From Camelus ferus (taxonomy: Eukaryota), in the NCBI RefSeq assembly GCF_009834535.1, contig NC_045696.1, positions 110,176,001 through 110,240,000 on the forward strand: a stretch of 64,000 bases of DNA, in the 5' to 3' direction. Within the stretch, counting starts at the first letter, position 1; every line of letters starts with the position of its first letter. A program made the position numbers and the translations under genes. Positions 38,491 through 51,540 of this stretch are shown in pieces. The notes beneath the pieces were generated by a model, which was not told where the DNA came from, did no database searches, and saw only the letters and a program-made list of their open reading frames with translations.

Positions 38491-41400
38491 AAACTGCCCT
38501 CCAAAAAGGTTATTATAACAATAAAAATCCAATCAATCATAGTAGTCCAGAGGTCTTCGCTCTTGCCAACACCATTAAGGTGAACTTTCTAACCACTGCC
38601 AAAATGTTTCTATTTGCATGTTAGAGATATTAACAATAAACACACTCTAAACATTTTTCAGTTAGTCACCTCTTCAAATCTTACTTACAGTGATTTTCAT
38701 CATATATAAGCTTTTATCATACTATAAAAGAACAATTTTTTAACAATTTCTGATTTTCATGACACACATGGAAAGATTCTGTCACTCCAAACTTTTAAAA
38801 TCAATATTTTCTGCTAGTACCATTATTCTTAATATTTCGGTGACGAGGACCCTGTTTGAGAATCTGATGAAACTACAACGAACCAAAAAAATACCCTTAA
38901 ATGCAAACATTTTGCAGACAATTTCACACAGCTCAACACTTCATTAACCAGATGTACAATCTTGTGCAAGTCATATTTTTTGTATTTGTTTTTCCGCAAA
39001 TTAACATAGAATAATAAAATATTTACCATCGGACTATCTGTACAGGCACGATGCAGCATACCCACTACATCTACAAGTTAAGAAGACTCCCTTCCAGTAT
39101 CTTCCTTCTTGAGGACTCCACCCCCCACTGCCCTGCTCCTCTTCCCACGCATACTCCATGAAAAACATGTGTGAGTAAAGCTGTAAAGAGTTCTCTTTAG
39201 TTTTCACCAGTTGGCATCTCTGGCCAAACCCACATATGTAATCAGGTTTGAAGAATTAGGAAAAAGGAGCAAAAAGATATCTCTCTAGAATTTACCTTTG
39301 CGGCTCATCTCAGAAAGCCTCTGTAGTTTATTCTGAAATTTTTAAATTTTTATTAAAATTCTTGTTTATTACCACTTACCTTTTGGCCACTCTCAATTTC
39401 TGTAATTCCTGAGTCTTTAATTTTTACCACTCTGTAGGACTAAGTTTAAAATCCCCTAATGGGTTAGAGGAAATTGAAAAAAAACTTAAAACTTATGAAG
39501 AACATAAACTATCGCAGGGCTGAGAGAAGGTAATAGAAGGGGAACCAATAACCCCTCCAGAGGGAGGGAAGGTATTAAAACACACATTGCTTCGCAGGTG
39601 GCAAGGAAGGAAAAAATACATAAGGTTTCCTCATTATCAAAAGTAAGCTACTCATATAATATCTAAGCAGTGTGACACAATAAAATTCACAAGATCAAAG
39701 TACTTTAACAATGAGAGTTTTCACAGCATTCTCACGAAATTCAGAGGAATGAACCCAGGGCACAGGCCAAGGAATGAATCTGGGGCACACGCCAAGCTCT
39801 GCTACACAGGAGCTACTGACTGGCCCTGGGAAAGTCACTTCCCTTCTCTGGGTTGATAATCCTCCGCTTAAACATCACAACCTCACAAAAGCCTCCTCGG
39901 ACCCTAAGGTAGTTCCGCATGGTGGGCTTCTGCAGTTCTCAGCACTTACGCTTTCAGACTTAACTACCTGCTCACTGTCTAGGCTCTCCATTTGATGGAT
40001 CTCCACGTCTATACCCACCTCAGAGCCTCTGCTCCTTACACAGTGCCTGGCACAAAATCAAGGGAAGGAGGGAGGGATGAATGAAGAAACAACTGAGCCA
40101 ATGAAATGATCAAAGAATGAGGTGGACCAGATGACCTCTAAGGTGTGCTTAGACGTTAATGTATTAAAGGCATTTCTTCCTGTTGTATTCTATAAATGCA
40201 TGGGTTTAATTAGGTTAAAACACTTATGGATCACCTAATTTGAATGAAGTCTAATGCTTGGTCTATAGGGAGAAAAAGGGTAGCCAAGGATACATGAGAA
40301 TTAGGTCCTGTCCCTGCCCTTCAAAGAAATGGTTCTGGCTAGCAAGAAAAAATTACACTAAACAAGTAGGACAAAGGAATAGAACAATTTTAATGAAAAC
40401 AAAAGTAACAATAAGTGATATGAGTAAGAGGAGCTGGGACAACTCTCAATTATGAAAGGACACTACACAGAGGTGAACAGACTCCTCTGTCACCACACAG
40501 CCAATTTAAGCGCGACCTGATGGAAAAGAACTCGGGCGCCATCCAACTCCTGGTAGTTAAGGAAGCCCCTTAAGTCAAAAGTGGGACTCAACATTCCTGA
40601 TATTGCAGGTTCTTTGTAGGATCACACAAGAGGAAAAGGTAAGATTCAGCTCAACAGATAAAGTCACATATGGCCAAATCAATCCTACTGCAGACAGCTT
40701 TAGAGACATGCAGAATTTGGATCGACCTGGAAAAATAAATGCTACTCCAGGGAGAACCAAGCAAGCGGTCACTGGACAAAAATATAAGAATGGTAAGTAA
40801 ATGAAGGATAAGGGAATAAGTAAGAAAGGCTACCAAGAGAAACTATCAGTGCAATGAAACCCGCATATTCTGAGCCCTTGCCACGTGTCCCCTCCATCAC
40901 AGACAATACAAAGGACGAAGGAGAAGCTCCCGGCAGAGTCCATGCGCAGACAGACCTATTGTCTAACCCTGGAGACAAACATGTAATTGAGGGGAAAAAA
41001 ATTTCAATAAGTAACGAAGTTTTCCAGTCTCAAAATGTGGCCTCTGACTATAACACCCAAAGAAGCAAAACTCGGTCAGCAGGGAGGTCTGGAGCCGAGC
41101 TGGGGAATGGGGCTTTGGCCTCCGCAACCCTTGGTCTCGTCTTGTTAGGCTCTCTCCCTCAGAAGCCGCCTTCTCCCATCTCTCTCACCCTGGGGAAGAG
41201 GGCTGGTAGGTACAAGAGAGTTGCCACAACATTCAGTGCCCCGCCCAACTGTGAAACAGAGGACAGGAAGGGAACCGCAGACAGACAGGCGGCGGCAGAG
41301 AGCGTACATCTGCCTGCAGCGGCGATGCCGAGGTCCCCGGGCGAGACTGGGGAAGAGGAGGATGCAGCTTCTCCTTCCTTCCTCAGGAACAAATGCTCAA

Positions 41401-42047
41401 AGGGGCTGTCTGTCCCTCCTAGGCAGGGTCCTATCCCATTTGCTTTTCTTAAATTCTGAGGGAATAGGGGAGAGCTTCCAAGAGCAGGAGGAAAGTTCTC
41501 AATAGCCCACAGAGCAGGAAGCTAAAAGATTTACTTAAAAGTGAAGATGGAGTGGGACACTCAACCTAACACAAGTCAGCAAGGCGGTCACGTGTCTGAG
41601 CTGCTCTACACCTCTCCTTCCCTTTGCTGTCCTCATCTTGGTGCCCATAATTTAAAAAAAAAACAAAACTTAAGATCAATAGTTTAAAAAAAAATCTAAC
41701 TTGATCAGAGGCTGTATATTTCTTGCTTCCCAAAACTATGAATAATTCCATGAGGAAGGGCACATAGGTGAGCCCCTGGTGTCTCCCCTTCAGAAGGATT
41801 AACAAGCAGTTTCATGCCAACCCAGTCTCACAGTTTATTGTAACCACCCTCCCTTTCTTCCACCCTAAAATGCACACACACAGGCACTGCCTCCATCAGT
41901 GCTCGTGGAAACAGTTGGGAGGATCCTGTTGCCTGTGGACAAAAATCTCTTCATTCAAAGAAGTTACACTAGAATCTTTGCCAAAAGAAAAGAAAAGAAA
42001 AACAAAAGAAGACTCTTCTCCAATAGAGGGATCTGGAAAGAACAATT

Positions 42048-42402
42048 CAGTCATCTGTTGGTATCTGCAGGGAACTGGCCCCAGCCCCCTCCCCACAGCA
42101 CGTACCAAAGTCCACAGATGCTCCAGGCCCTTATATAAAACAGTGTAGTGTTTGTATATAACCTACACACATCCTCCCACATACTTTAAATCATCTCTAT
42201 GTTACCTACAATACCTAATACAATATAAATACTATGCAAATAGTTATAAATACATTGTAAATGCTATGTAAATAGTTGCCAATGTGCAGCAAATTCAAGT
42301 TCTGCTTTTTGGAACTATCTGGAATTTTTTTTCTCGAATATTTTTGATCTGCAGTTGGTTGAATCCAAGGATGTAGAACCCACAGATATGAAGGGCTGAC
42401 TG
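42048..42402. mobile_element. Tigger2-derived MITE (MER2/MER2B-like)
   Basis: Ends CAGTCATC... and ...GGGCTGACTG followed by TA; internal MER2 signature ACATCCTCCCACATACTTTAAATCATCTCTA. Confidence 0.85.
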
Positions 42403-43619
42403 TATATGGCAATGGAATCTTTCATACCACAAACATTCTCATGGCTTTTTATATATATTTCCCTCAAAAGCGTAAGGTAAAAAGGGACAAAACCACAAAG
42501 TTAAGATAACTGGTGAGAGTTCAGTGAGCAATAAACATTTATCACCAAAGAACACAGAAAAACCCAAGCAATTCTACTTATGCCTGTCATCAATAAACTA
42601 AAGCAAAAAAAAAAAAAAGACAAAATTAATGCACTGAGACCACTATATACAAAAAATTACAACCCATGCTAATAACTTAAAAAAAAACAATAGATCAATG
42701 TAGAAAAGCAATACAAGCATTTAAGTTATTCTTACCTTGAGTAGAAAGAAAAAATTTTAAGTCTTATTTTGTGCACAAGACAATAAGGAAAATGGAGAAA
42801 AGAGAGGAAGAAAGAGTGAGAAGGGCCAGAAGGAGTTAGGTTTTAAGAAACTACAATTTATAAACCTCACATATGGTGTAAGTCATTTGAGCAAGAGGAA
42901 AACCATAACCTAAATAGAATGAACAAAAGAAACACTGATATGCTTTCAGCTCCGCAGTCAGGGAGGGCAGAGCTGCCAGGAGAGCATCACCGCTGTTTGA
43001 GAACACCGGCAGGTCTATTCATGCTAAACGTGCCATAATTGAGAATCAATATGGGGCAGAGCTTGCTTAAATGAACGCCAAGATTTTGTCCAAGCAATCC
43101 TGTTCATGTCATGTTGCATTTTATTAAATGATGTTTGGAATAAAAAGCCTATTGGCTGGGCCTTGGAAAACTTTGTTTTAAAGAGACATACCTTAAAACG
43201 GCAGCTATAACCATAACACTTGATCTTCATGATAAATCTCACTATACATGAAAGGAAACAAACGCGAAGATAATGAGTCAGTGCTCGGGGCTGTATAAAT
43301 TGGCCTTGAAATTGCCTTCACTTTCTCATGTGGGCAGATACACCAGGACACTACGAAGGTCCAGGAACATACTTCTCACAATCACAGGAGGATGGAGGAG
43401 AGTGTCTCTTCAGATGCTGACTTATAGGGTCAGGGGACTGGGGTCTTATCTAAGAAAGATGTGGTTACAGAAGGTGTGGCAGTGGCAGGTAGAGGATGGC
43501 TGATCAAGAAATGTGATGCAGACCAGCTGGGCAATCCTGATGTTCTGTAACTTCATGAGCAAGCACATATGATGAGCCTGCGTGCGGAGCTCTGTGCTGG
43601 ACAGGCAGAAGCGAGGAGA

Positions 43620-43800
43620 CGCGCAGGAGAGCACCCCGGGTACCCAGCTCACAAGCATCCTATGGGGGAGGGGGTGTATTATGAATCCTATCCTACAAAT
43701 TAAAAAAATTGTGGCTGAGAGAAATTAAATACTTTGCCCAAAGCCACCTTTCTAAAATCTGATAGAGACCAGATGGAAATGCAGATCTGGCTAACGAGGT
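43620..43800 (-). mobile_element. MIR SINE (further MIR/MIR3 remnants at ~1760-1960, 5625-5750, 7040-7200, 51610-51720, 52040-52200, 53640-53840, 53975-54140)
   Basis: Reverse MIR core GGCTGAGAGAAATTAAATACTTTGCCCAAAGCCAC. Confidence 0.6.
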
Positions 43801-46800
43801 CAAAGGCCTATTGTTGCTACTGAACCAAATGGTCACTGAAAGGAAAGGGCATTCTGTGCAGAAAGTAGACTATGGGACCAAGGACCAGTCTGAGTAAGGA
43901 GCTCTCTGTGCACAGAAAGAGTAGAAAGGAAGTCAGAAGGTGAATCAGACTGTGGGCAGCCCAGTTAAGAAGCACCTTGTCCTGCAGGCTGCTGGGAACC
44001 ACAGAACTTTGGAAATCAAGAAAGACGTAAGAAAAGGAGCAAAGAGACTAAAGGATCTAAACCAGGTAACAGGGTTAATGGGAGGAGGAAAAAGATGGAA
44101 AGGCATTTAGAGAAACAACAGAAGGAACAAGAAGTTAAAGTCAAGTACCGTACTAACTTGGGATTTTTGGTCTCTCAAAATAAAAACCATCATTTTCTAA
44201 GTTGGGGGTCTCTAATAATGTTCTACTGTTTAATGTTTGGCAAATATTTTGCTAATGCCAATAATTCAAAATTTCACAAGTGATCTAGTAAGTGTTCTTG
44301 CCAACAGAAAGGGGACGGCTTTTGACAGCTAAGGGAAGCACGTACCTTCTACCTTCTTCCTGGTCCAGGAAGCCTTCTTTAAGGGGGACGTGCTGATAAG
44401 GAACAGGTCACATTTGAGGATACTTCAGCTACAACTTTGCTTCTTGGAAAGGAGAAGGCCGAGATTCAATGATGGGCTCAGGAGGGAAAGGACTGAGAAG
44501 GCTCTATCACCCCTTCCTGTGGCTCACAGGAAGGACGGGGCAGTTCACCAAAGCTAGAGGTTTTAGTCCGTCCCCAACAAGAATCTGCCCTCCAAATCCT
44601 TGCCCCCTGTGCACACTTACGCCCCAACAACTTCACAGGGACAGCAGCAGGACAAAATCCCAGGATTCAGGATCTGGGGCTCTCGGCCACCTTGCAAGAT
44701 CTCTTTACACCCTGGAGAGAGCAGATGTCTTCACTGTTGCTACAGCATCTTCATGCAGGGGCTGCAAATTAATTCCTGACTCTATGAGAACATGATTTTG
44801 TTTTATTTTTGTAAGAGAGAAATTATATATGCACAAATTTGAGTTACTTTATCTTTAGTTTATACTGTAAGATTAGCACTTTTTAAAATTGAAATTGAAG
44901 ATTTTAATCTGGCAATATGTGGTTATCTATATACAAATCTTCCTGTTCGGAAGAAACACGAATATGTATGTTAAAACTAATTAAATATAATTCTATTTTT
45001 CCCTTCTCATCAGAAAATGCAATAGAGGGGATGGGGATCTTCACAGAGCAAGAATAGAAACTGAAGCAGAGGATTCATTTCTGTTCTTTTTATCTCGGTA
45101 GTCAGCAGCTGGTGGGGCGGGGTGGGGAGCGCTGATCCCGACCACTATTTCATAACAGACAACATTCTTTCCTCAACCAGCTGTTGCAGAAGCCCTGCTG
45201 AACTCCTCTTCTGCCTCTTTCAACAGAAGCTGCATCTCTCTAAGGAAACACTGACTCCCTGTCTGTGGTACCGCCGGGCTCCAGCTACTTGAGAAGAGTG
45301 AGAGCCTTAAATGAACTCAGTGAACCAACGGGCTGCTTGTGATGCCACAGAGCACACCCCTCACAGCTGTGCAGGTCCATGGAGCCGAGACCCCTGGTCT
45401 TACCCTGTCACGGAATCATGAATAAGGACAGAGCCTTCTGCAACATGAGAATGCACTCCCTTGTAAAGTCATACTCTGTCGCTGGTTCAGATAAAAGCTA
45501 ACCACACAAGATTAGGGGTAAATGAACAAAACACACTGTAACACCAAACATTTTAAAGTCTACTTTGTAAGGCAGTAATTCTCAAAATGACAACATCTAT
45601 ATGGAGTTTATTTTTGGAATAATAAGCCAAGTTATTTTCCTTTGTCAGAACTGGAATCTTACAAACCCAGCTGTTGAACAACACTTGTCAGAGATGTCAA
45701 AACGTCTTTCAACATTTAGACAGCCACCTAGCCATTATTCCTGTGGGATACATGGGTGGTTGAGAGAATCACATTTGACAGGTGCAAAAAATAAGCTATT
45801 CATATGGAAAATGGAACTCCTTATTTCCCAGTCATCTAGCCCAGCAACTTCCCTACCATTCTACACTGGGATGCAGCCAGTCTCCTCAAAAGACTGGTTT
45901 CAGGCTTTTTCACAATTGCTACTGAACATAATTTTGCAAGTAATCTTCCAATTCTTTATTACTTACATAACCCACAAAAATTGTTTATATTGATTCCAGG
46001 AGTTAAGAATTCATGGTCTTTATACTAGAGAGGTTTCACATTCTATCAGTCTACCCCACCATTGCTCCCTTCCAGAGAAACCACGATCCTTACTGAGGCA
46101 AGAAGACCTGGGCCACAGCTGTATGGCCCAAGAGAGGACATCGGTACCCCGAAGACTGCCTGGTAGAAGACCTTTAGCCAAAGGGATGCTAGTTACTACA
46201 GAATTATCATATCCCTTCCTTCTTGGCCCACACAGATCATCAGTTAGGTTGTGGGGTCAGGAAGACATGAGGAGAGAAGCCAGAATGGAAATTCTGAGCC
46301 ACGGTGATGGTTGAGTAGAATATGGACTGATCAAGCACTGTCAGTGCAGATACATCCTGGAGTTGCAACAGATCGGAGAGAGTCTTCCTGGTCCTGAGTT
46401 AGGTCCCGTCTCCATGAGATCTGGCCAGACTATAGCTCTTTCTCATCCTGAAAGGCCCCTGAGATTCCCTCCAACTTGCCATATGTCTGAAATTGTTTTA
46501 TTTTCTCATGCATCCTAATTTAAGCCTTCTATTTCTTAGGGTAACTTGAATGAGTTTTTGTTCTTGTGATCAAAGACATTTATAAGGGCCCCACAACAAG
46601 ATGTCTGAAAGTGTTCCTGTTTTCTCTTTACTAACTATAAAACAATCTCAGATCTCCCATCTGATGGCTTACACATAACCTTACAAATTTGGAGGCTACT
46701 TTGCCAATATTTGCAATCACAGGGAAAGAAAAGAAATGGCTAGCAAAGCCTATCTCCCTTGGATTGTCTTTAAATTGCCTTTGCTGCATTTTTTTTCTCC

Positions 46801-47177
46801 TGGTCAATCACTGCCACATGTAGATCACCTTTTACTTTCAGTAGATGTAGAAGGTTCAGCCACAATAAGTCAAGAATAAAAACCTAGCATTCTATGGAAG
46901 CCTTAGGAGTCTCCCCACCCACTGTGGCACTGACAGATCCCTCTCTGTGACTTCTAGGTTGATTTCAAGGTTCAGGCACCAAGTTTTCCACTGGCAAAAC
47001 TTGATTCTTCTGGTCCCTATAGAATAAGATTAGCTCTCAAAGCGGTTCCAGCACTGGGGAAGAATCAGGTCACATCAGAAATTAATGAGCCAACCCCTCG
47101 GAGCACCTGCACCTCTCCCAACTCTAACTACGCCTCTCTCCTAAAAAAAAAAAAAAGACCCTACTCATCTCCCTAGC

Positions 47178-47370
47178 AGCAGGTGATTCTCAATCACAGG
47201 CATATTTGGAAATGTGGCAGGACATGTTGGTTGGCTTAATGACTTGGTTAGAGTCATGTGGGCATTTAGTGACCAGGGATGCTAACCGTCCTATAATGAA
47301 CAAGAAAGTTCTGCACGATGAGGAATCATTCTATCAGAATGCTAACAGCACCTCCCTTGAGAAATACTGA
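47178..47370 (+). mobile_element. Diverged MER20-related (MER20B-like) element
   Basis: GATTCTCAA...GGCATTTAGTGACCAGGGATGCTAA...TTGAGAAATACTG with hAT-type ends. Confidence 0.6.
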
Positions 47371-49308
47371 GCCCCCTCCAACATTCAGGGCAGACCAAAG
47401 CAGGAAAGGAAGGCAAAGTGAAGAGAGGAGGGCGGTAAGAGGACCAGCAGTGCTCCATCAGAAGTGATGCAGTCGAATAAAGGCTGCCTCAGCCCTGTCC
47501 ACCTCCTTCCCCCGCCTCCAGCAACACTTCTCCCAGCACACAAGCCCCCAGTTTTCATTCCCTACCACGTAAAAGTATCTTGGGTTCAGATTTTAAATTA
47601 CGTCTTTTAAAAATGTATGTCTTTATTTTCATATCTTTTCATTTGTTCCAATTATGATAGTTTCTGAGCAACTAATGTTGGTACTAGTAATAGATAATAT
47701 CAACTGATAATTCTTCCATGCTGCTAGAGGGCTTAATTACTAAATTTGTGCTATAATACGTCTGTCAGAAAATTTACTTCAGGGACTAATTCTTTAGGGG
47801 ATAACTCCTCAGAGCTTAAGCTTGTGAATTAATACCCTCTTATGAAACACTTTCTCGAGTCACGCTGGGGCTTGGAAGACAGGGAGGTGAAAACTCTCTC
47901 GCCATCTCTCCCAGGCTCTTTGTTAAGCTCTAGGCAGTATCAGCAGAGACATCCTGCACAAAAAAGCCTCACCACCGAGGGTCAGGCTGTGGAGAGACCA
48001 AATGCAAAGAGACAGCTCAGCAGCCTCGGATTAAAGCGCAAATATTTTAGAGGCAGTGCACCTGATTATGTCAAAGAGACGGGCCCAGGGCACATCTGTA
48101 ACAGACAGGTGGCTACAGCTAGGTAAAAAGTTCAGCAAGACCCACTCACAGACTGAAAACACTCCAGGATGGAGAAGTCCAAAATGCAACCCTGTTTTAA
48201 ATGAGGTGCTGCCTTGTTATAACAAGCGCATGCTGTCATTCCCAGTGTGGGTTTCTGACAAAGAGGTTCCTTACAGACTGAAGCAGTGCTGTCCAACAAA
48301 GCTTCCTTTGGTGGTGGACATCCCCTCTGTCTGCATCAATATGGTAGCATTTGTTGCAAATTTTTTAAATGCATAATAATTACAGGGACCAGAAACACAG
48401 CAAGGCCAGACTCAAATCTGCCAGGACAGTTTACATCCAGTCCCTGCACTGGCCCTGCCTTAGAGTCAAACTGAGGCTTTCTAGTAAAATGATGTGATTG
48501 CTTCAGGTCTAGGGCAGGGTGATGGCCTCCTTCACCATTCCAGCACAGTTCTAGAAGGCTATCAGAAGAACACATGCCATACTAAAACATTTAATGTATC
48601 ATTCAAAGCACGTGTGTTACGATAACCCCCTTTCCGTACTCCCAACAAAGAGGAAAAATAGAAATGCAAAAGTTCTAAAATAAAAACAGATTCCTCCAAA
48701 CATTCTCTGGTCTTTACTGTGTTTACAACCTGCAAACTCTGTTCTAGGATCAGCAGTCTTCCAGAAGGATATTTTTCTTTGGGGGAGTTACTATTTTATG
48801 TCGTTTGGTCTGATTACACATGAGTCACCTTAAGAGATCAAACTCTCCCACCAACCTCATCAAAAGCAATTGGCTTGACTGCTCTTCTGAACAGCCTTCT
48901 TTCTGCCTCCTCCACTCTCCCCCTTTCTTAACTCTCCAAAAGAAAGCCTTTATCCAGAGTATGTTGTTGCAAGGAACTAGAACATGAAGCCTTCAAATAA
49001 ACTGAGAACCCAGTCCTGCACACCATTCCCCACAGCACCGACTCTCCACCCTTCAGACTCCCGCTGCTCCGCAGCCCCCGCCTTCACAAGGATTAAGGGT
49101 GGTCCTGGAAATTTGAGGAGACAGGTATTATTCCTTAGCATTTCCTGAGCTCCCAAGTAGTCACACACTGCATACACATCCCTTCCTTAGGCTGTTATTA
49201 ATGCTGTGTCTATTTTACAGGTAGGGAAATTGTAGCAAAATGAGGCTCAGTGATTAAAATACATTCCCGGAACAACAAAGAGCAGGAGAAAATCACAGAA
49301 TGCCTCCA

Positions 49309-49520
49309 GCAGCCGGTTCTCAGGCGGGGGTGGCGTCCCTCCCCTGCCCCCCACGGAGGGTTGGCAGTGTCTGGAGACATTTCTGACTGTCATGACTGAA
49401 GGGGGAAGCGCTACCAGCATCTAGTGGGTAGAGGCCAAGGATGCTGCTAAACATGGTACAGTGCACAGGGCAGCGTCCACAACAAGGACACGACGACAGT
49501 GCCGAGGATGCGACCCTCGA
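49309..49520 (+). mobile_element. MER20 (hAT-Charlie) element
   Basis: TTGGCAGTGTCTGGAGACATTT...GCATCTAGTGGGTAGAGGCCAAGGATGCTGCTAAACAT...CAGTGCACAGG matches the MER20 consensus as I recall it. Confidence 0.85.
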
Positions 49521-50946
49521 TCCTCTGGCACCTCCAGCAAGACTCCCTGTGACCCCTAATCAATAGTTAAAGAATGGCTCCCTCTATAATTTGATCCTTG
49601 TATGGTGTTTACCCAGAAACATGCCAGTTGAGTGCTATTCCTGGCAGGCTATACTTGTTACTTTTAAACTGGAAGACATATGGGAGCCACCGAGGGAAGG
49701 GAGAAAGCTAGCGAAGTCCAGCTCCTTTCCTCTAACGAGAAAGCCTGGTGAGGACCAGGTCTTTTCCTTAGCGACCCCCGAGCACTGAGCAGGGTTCTGT
49801 GTCTGCCTGCTCACCTGGACCCTTTAGCTGTTGACTTGCTCTGCAGCTGCCTTCCTCTGCCTTGCTCATCACTAAGCACGTGGATCACGCCAGAGCAGTG
49901 ATGATGGACGCTCATGGGAATCTCCTTAGCTCTCCAGCCCCTAATGGTCTATTTTGTTCAGTAAATTGTACTCATTACTGAGCCATGTGAGGCACCGGAG
50001 GACATTGGCCTTTCTGGGTGCCCTCTGTCTGAGCCTGGGTAATGGACATTGTCTGACAAGGCTCCACAGTACTGAACTCCACCTGGTTTTCCAGCTGAGT
50101 CCTTTTTTTAAACCTCCTGGTCCCCTCTCTCCTAACCATCCTGAGTTATGCTTAGATCTGTATTAATTATAATTTTTCTTTTCAAGGAGGCTGGTTTTAG
50201 CTTAAGCTCTATAAGTGGAGAGCTCAGACAAGATGGGACGCCCTTTGCACCCCTCCTCCCGGAGCTCTGCCTGACCTCTGAGAAGGGCACACCCAACAGT
50301 GGATTTCTCCCTCTGGTCTCAAAAATCTTCAGTACAAATGAAAATCCAAAGCCAGCTTTGGTTATAACACTCCCATCCACTGCACTAGGGACTGCAAATA
50401 GATGAGGAGGGGACGGACATGTGACTTCCAGTGAGACTGGATAAAATGAGATGGAACGGGCAGAACCAGGTGCTTTAATAGTGCTATTATCCACCAAGCT
50501 GGGAGTCAGCAGCTCTCTGGTAAGTTGTCCCCCCAACCCCGAAAAAAGTGATTAACGCAGGAAAAGTTAAGCAAAGTGATCCACTGGGGGGAGGAGGGGA
50601 AGGACGAGAGAGGAGAGAGCAGATATGGTGACAAGAAAAAGGCGACTGGGCCTAGCTCTCTTCTCAACAGTATATCTCAGGAAGGCCCCCACCCTCCATG
50701 TAAATAGCACTCCATACAAAGTCATGAAAAATTCTTGTGTTGCAATATTTCCACACACAGATTCCATCCTACCACCCTGACCACGATTTTAACTTTGTAA
50801 GTGGTGATCTGAATGGTGTCTATGAACTGAATCACTAAAGGCTTTTGGAACCTTTCACAGTCAGGGCACCCCATTGTGCTGACTCCAAGGGGCTGTTGAG
50901 ACAAGAGTAAAACCAGAATAATGGCAGAGAAATGCCTTTGACTTAC

Positions 50947-51065
50947 CCTGGAGTAGAGGGAGTGAGAGCCTTCAAACGCACTTACATCCTCACCACCCAT
51001 CAGCTCTGCTGCCTTTCACCACTCACTCACTCCTGCATGTTGGACCACAACTGATCGATCGCCAA
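50947..51065 (-). other. TMEM108: TMEM108 exon 2 (non-coding 5' UTR, 119 nt)
   Basis: Minus strand: tttcgtctttggtag|TTGGCGATCG...GAGGATGTAAGTGCGTTTGAAGGCTCTCACTCCCTCTACTCCAGG|GTAAGT. Splice sites are canonical. Sequence, length and ~7 kb spacing from exon 1 fit the human TMEM108 exon 2 as I recall it. Confidence 0.85.
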
Positions 51066-51249
51066 CTACCAAAGACGAAAAATGAATGAATGTATTAGGC
51101 CAAAAGATCCACAACTTCAAGTCCCAAGCCACAGCTCCAAAGAATTTCTTAGAGTAGGCTAAGTGCTTACTACATAGGCCCAAACACATACAATGGCTCA
51201 AGCTCAACAAAAGATTATTTCTGGTTCCTGTGTACGTAGCAGACAAGTA

Positions 51250-51540
51250 ATCAATCGATAGAGTGGCCCTCCCTGATCCCTGACCCAGGCTGACAACAGT
51301 CCTGCCAGCCTTAAACATACCTTCCAAGCTCACCCAAGGGGCCCTCTCCACTCCAGCCTGCGAGGAGTATAAAGCAGCATGGAGAGCCTCCCATGGGAGC
51401 TCTCTTTTTGTGTTTCCCCCTAGAAGAGGACCACAACACCTTTCCACCTCCACTCACATTCTTTAGGCTAGAACTCAGTTACACAGCCACACCTAAGCCC
51501 ATGGGTTTGCTGGGCAGCTAAGAATCAGTCTCTGTCACAC
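51250..51540. mobile_element. MaLR (MLT1-like) LTR fragment
   Basis: CACCTCCACTCACATTCTTTAGGCTAGAACTCAGTTACACAGCCACACCTAA resembles old MLT1 LTRs. Confidence 0.5.

Larger units (their letters stand above)
1..50946 (-). other. TMEM108: Proximal part of the very long TMEM108 intron 2 (coding exons lie beyond position 1)
   Basis: Starts at the GTAAGT donor at 50946. No TMEM108 coding sequence (MKRSLQ...) was seen in the window, and the region is repeat-rich. Confidence 0.75.

Noticed and set aside
740..40600. Novel multi-exon protein gene assembled from exon-like pieces at ~40600-40516, 34171-33974, 14640-14355, 8683-8445 and 803-740
   Set aside because: Phases and stops are inconsistent, several splice sites are weak, there is no recognisable homology, and the region is adequately explained as TMEM108 intron.
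40854..41459. Longest ORF in the track (201 aa, plus strand)
   Set aside because: No recognisable domain, antisense within an intron, and partly explained by local GC richness.
42217..42278. About 31-bp tandem duplication resembling a repeat array
   Set aside because: Only two imperfect copies inside a MER2-like MITE; not CRISPR-like. No CRISPR or prokaryotic features were seen in the window.
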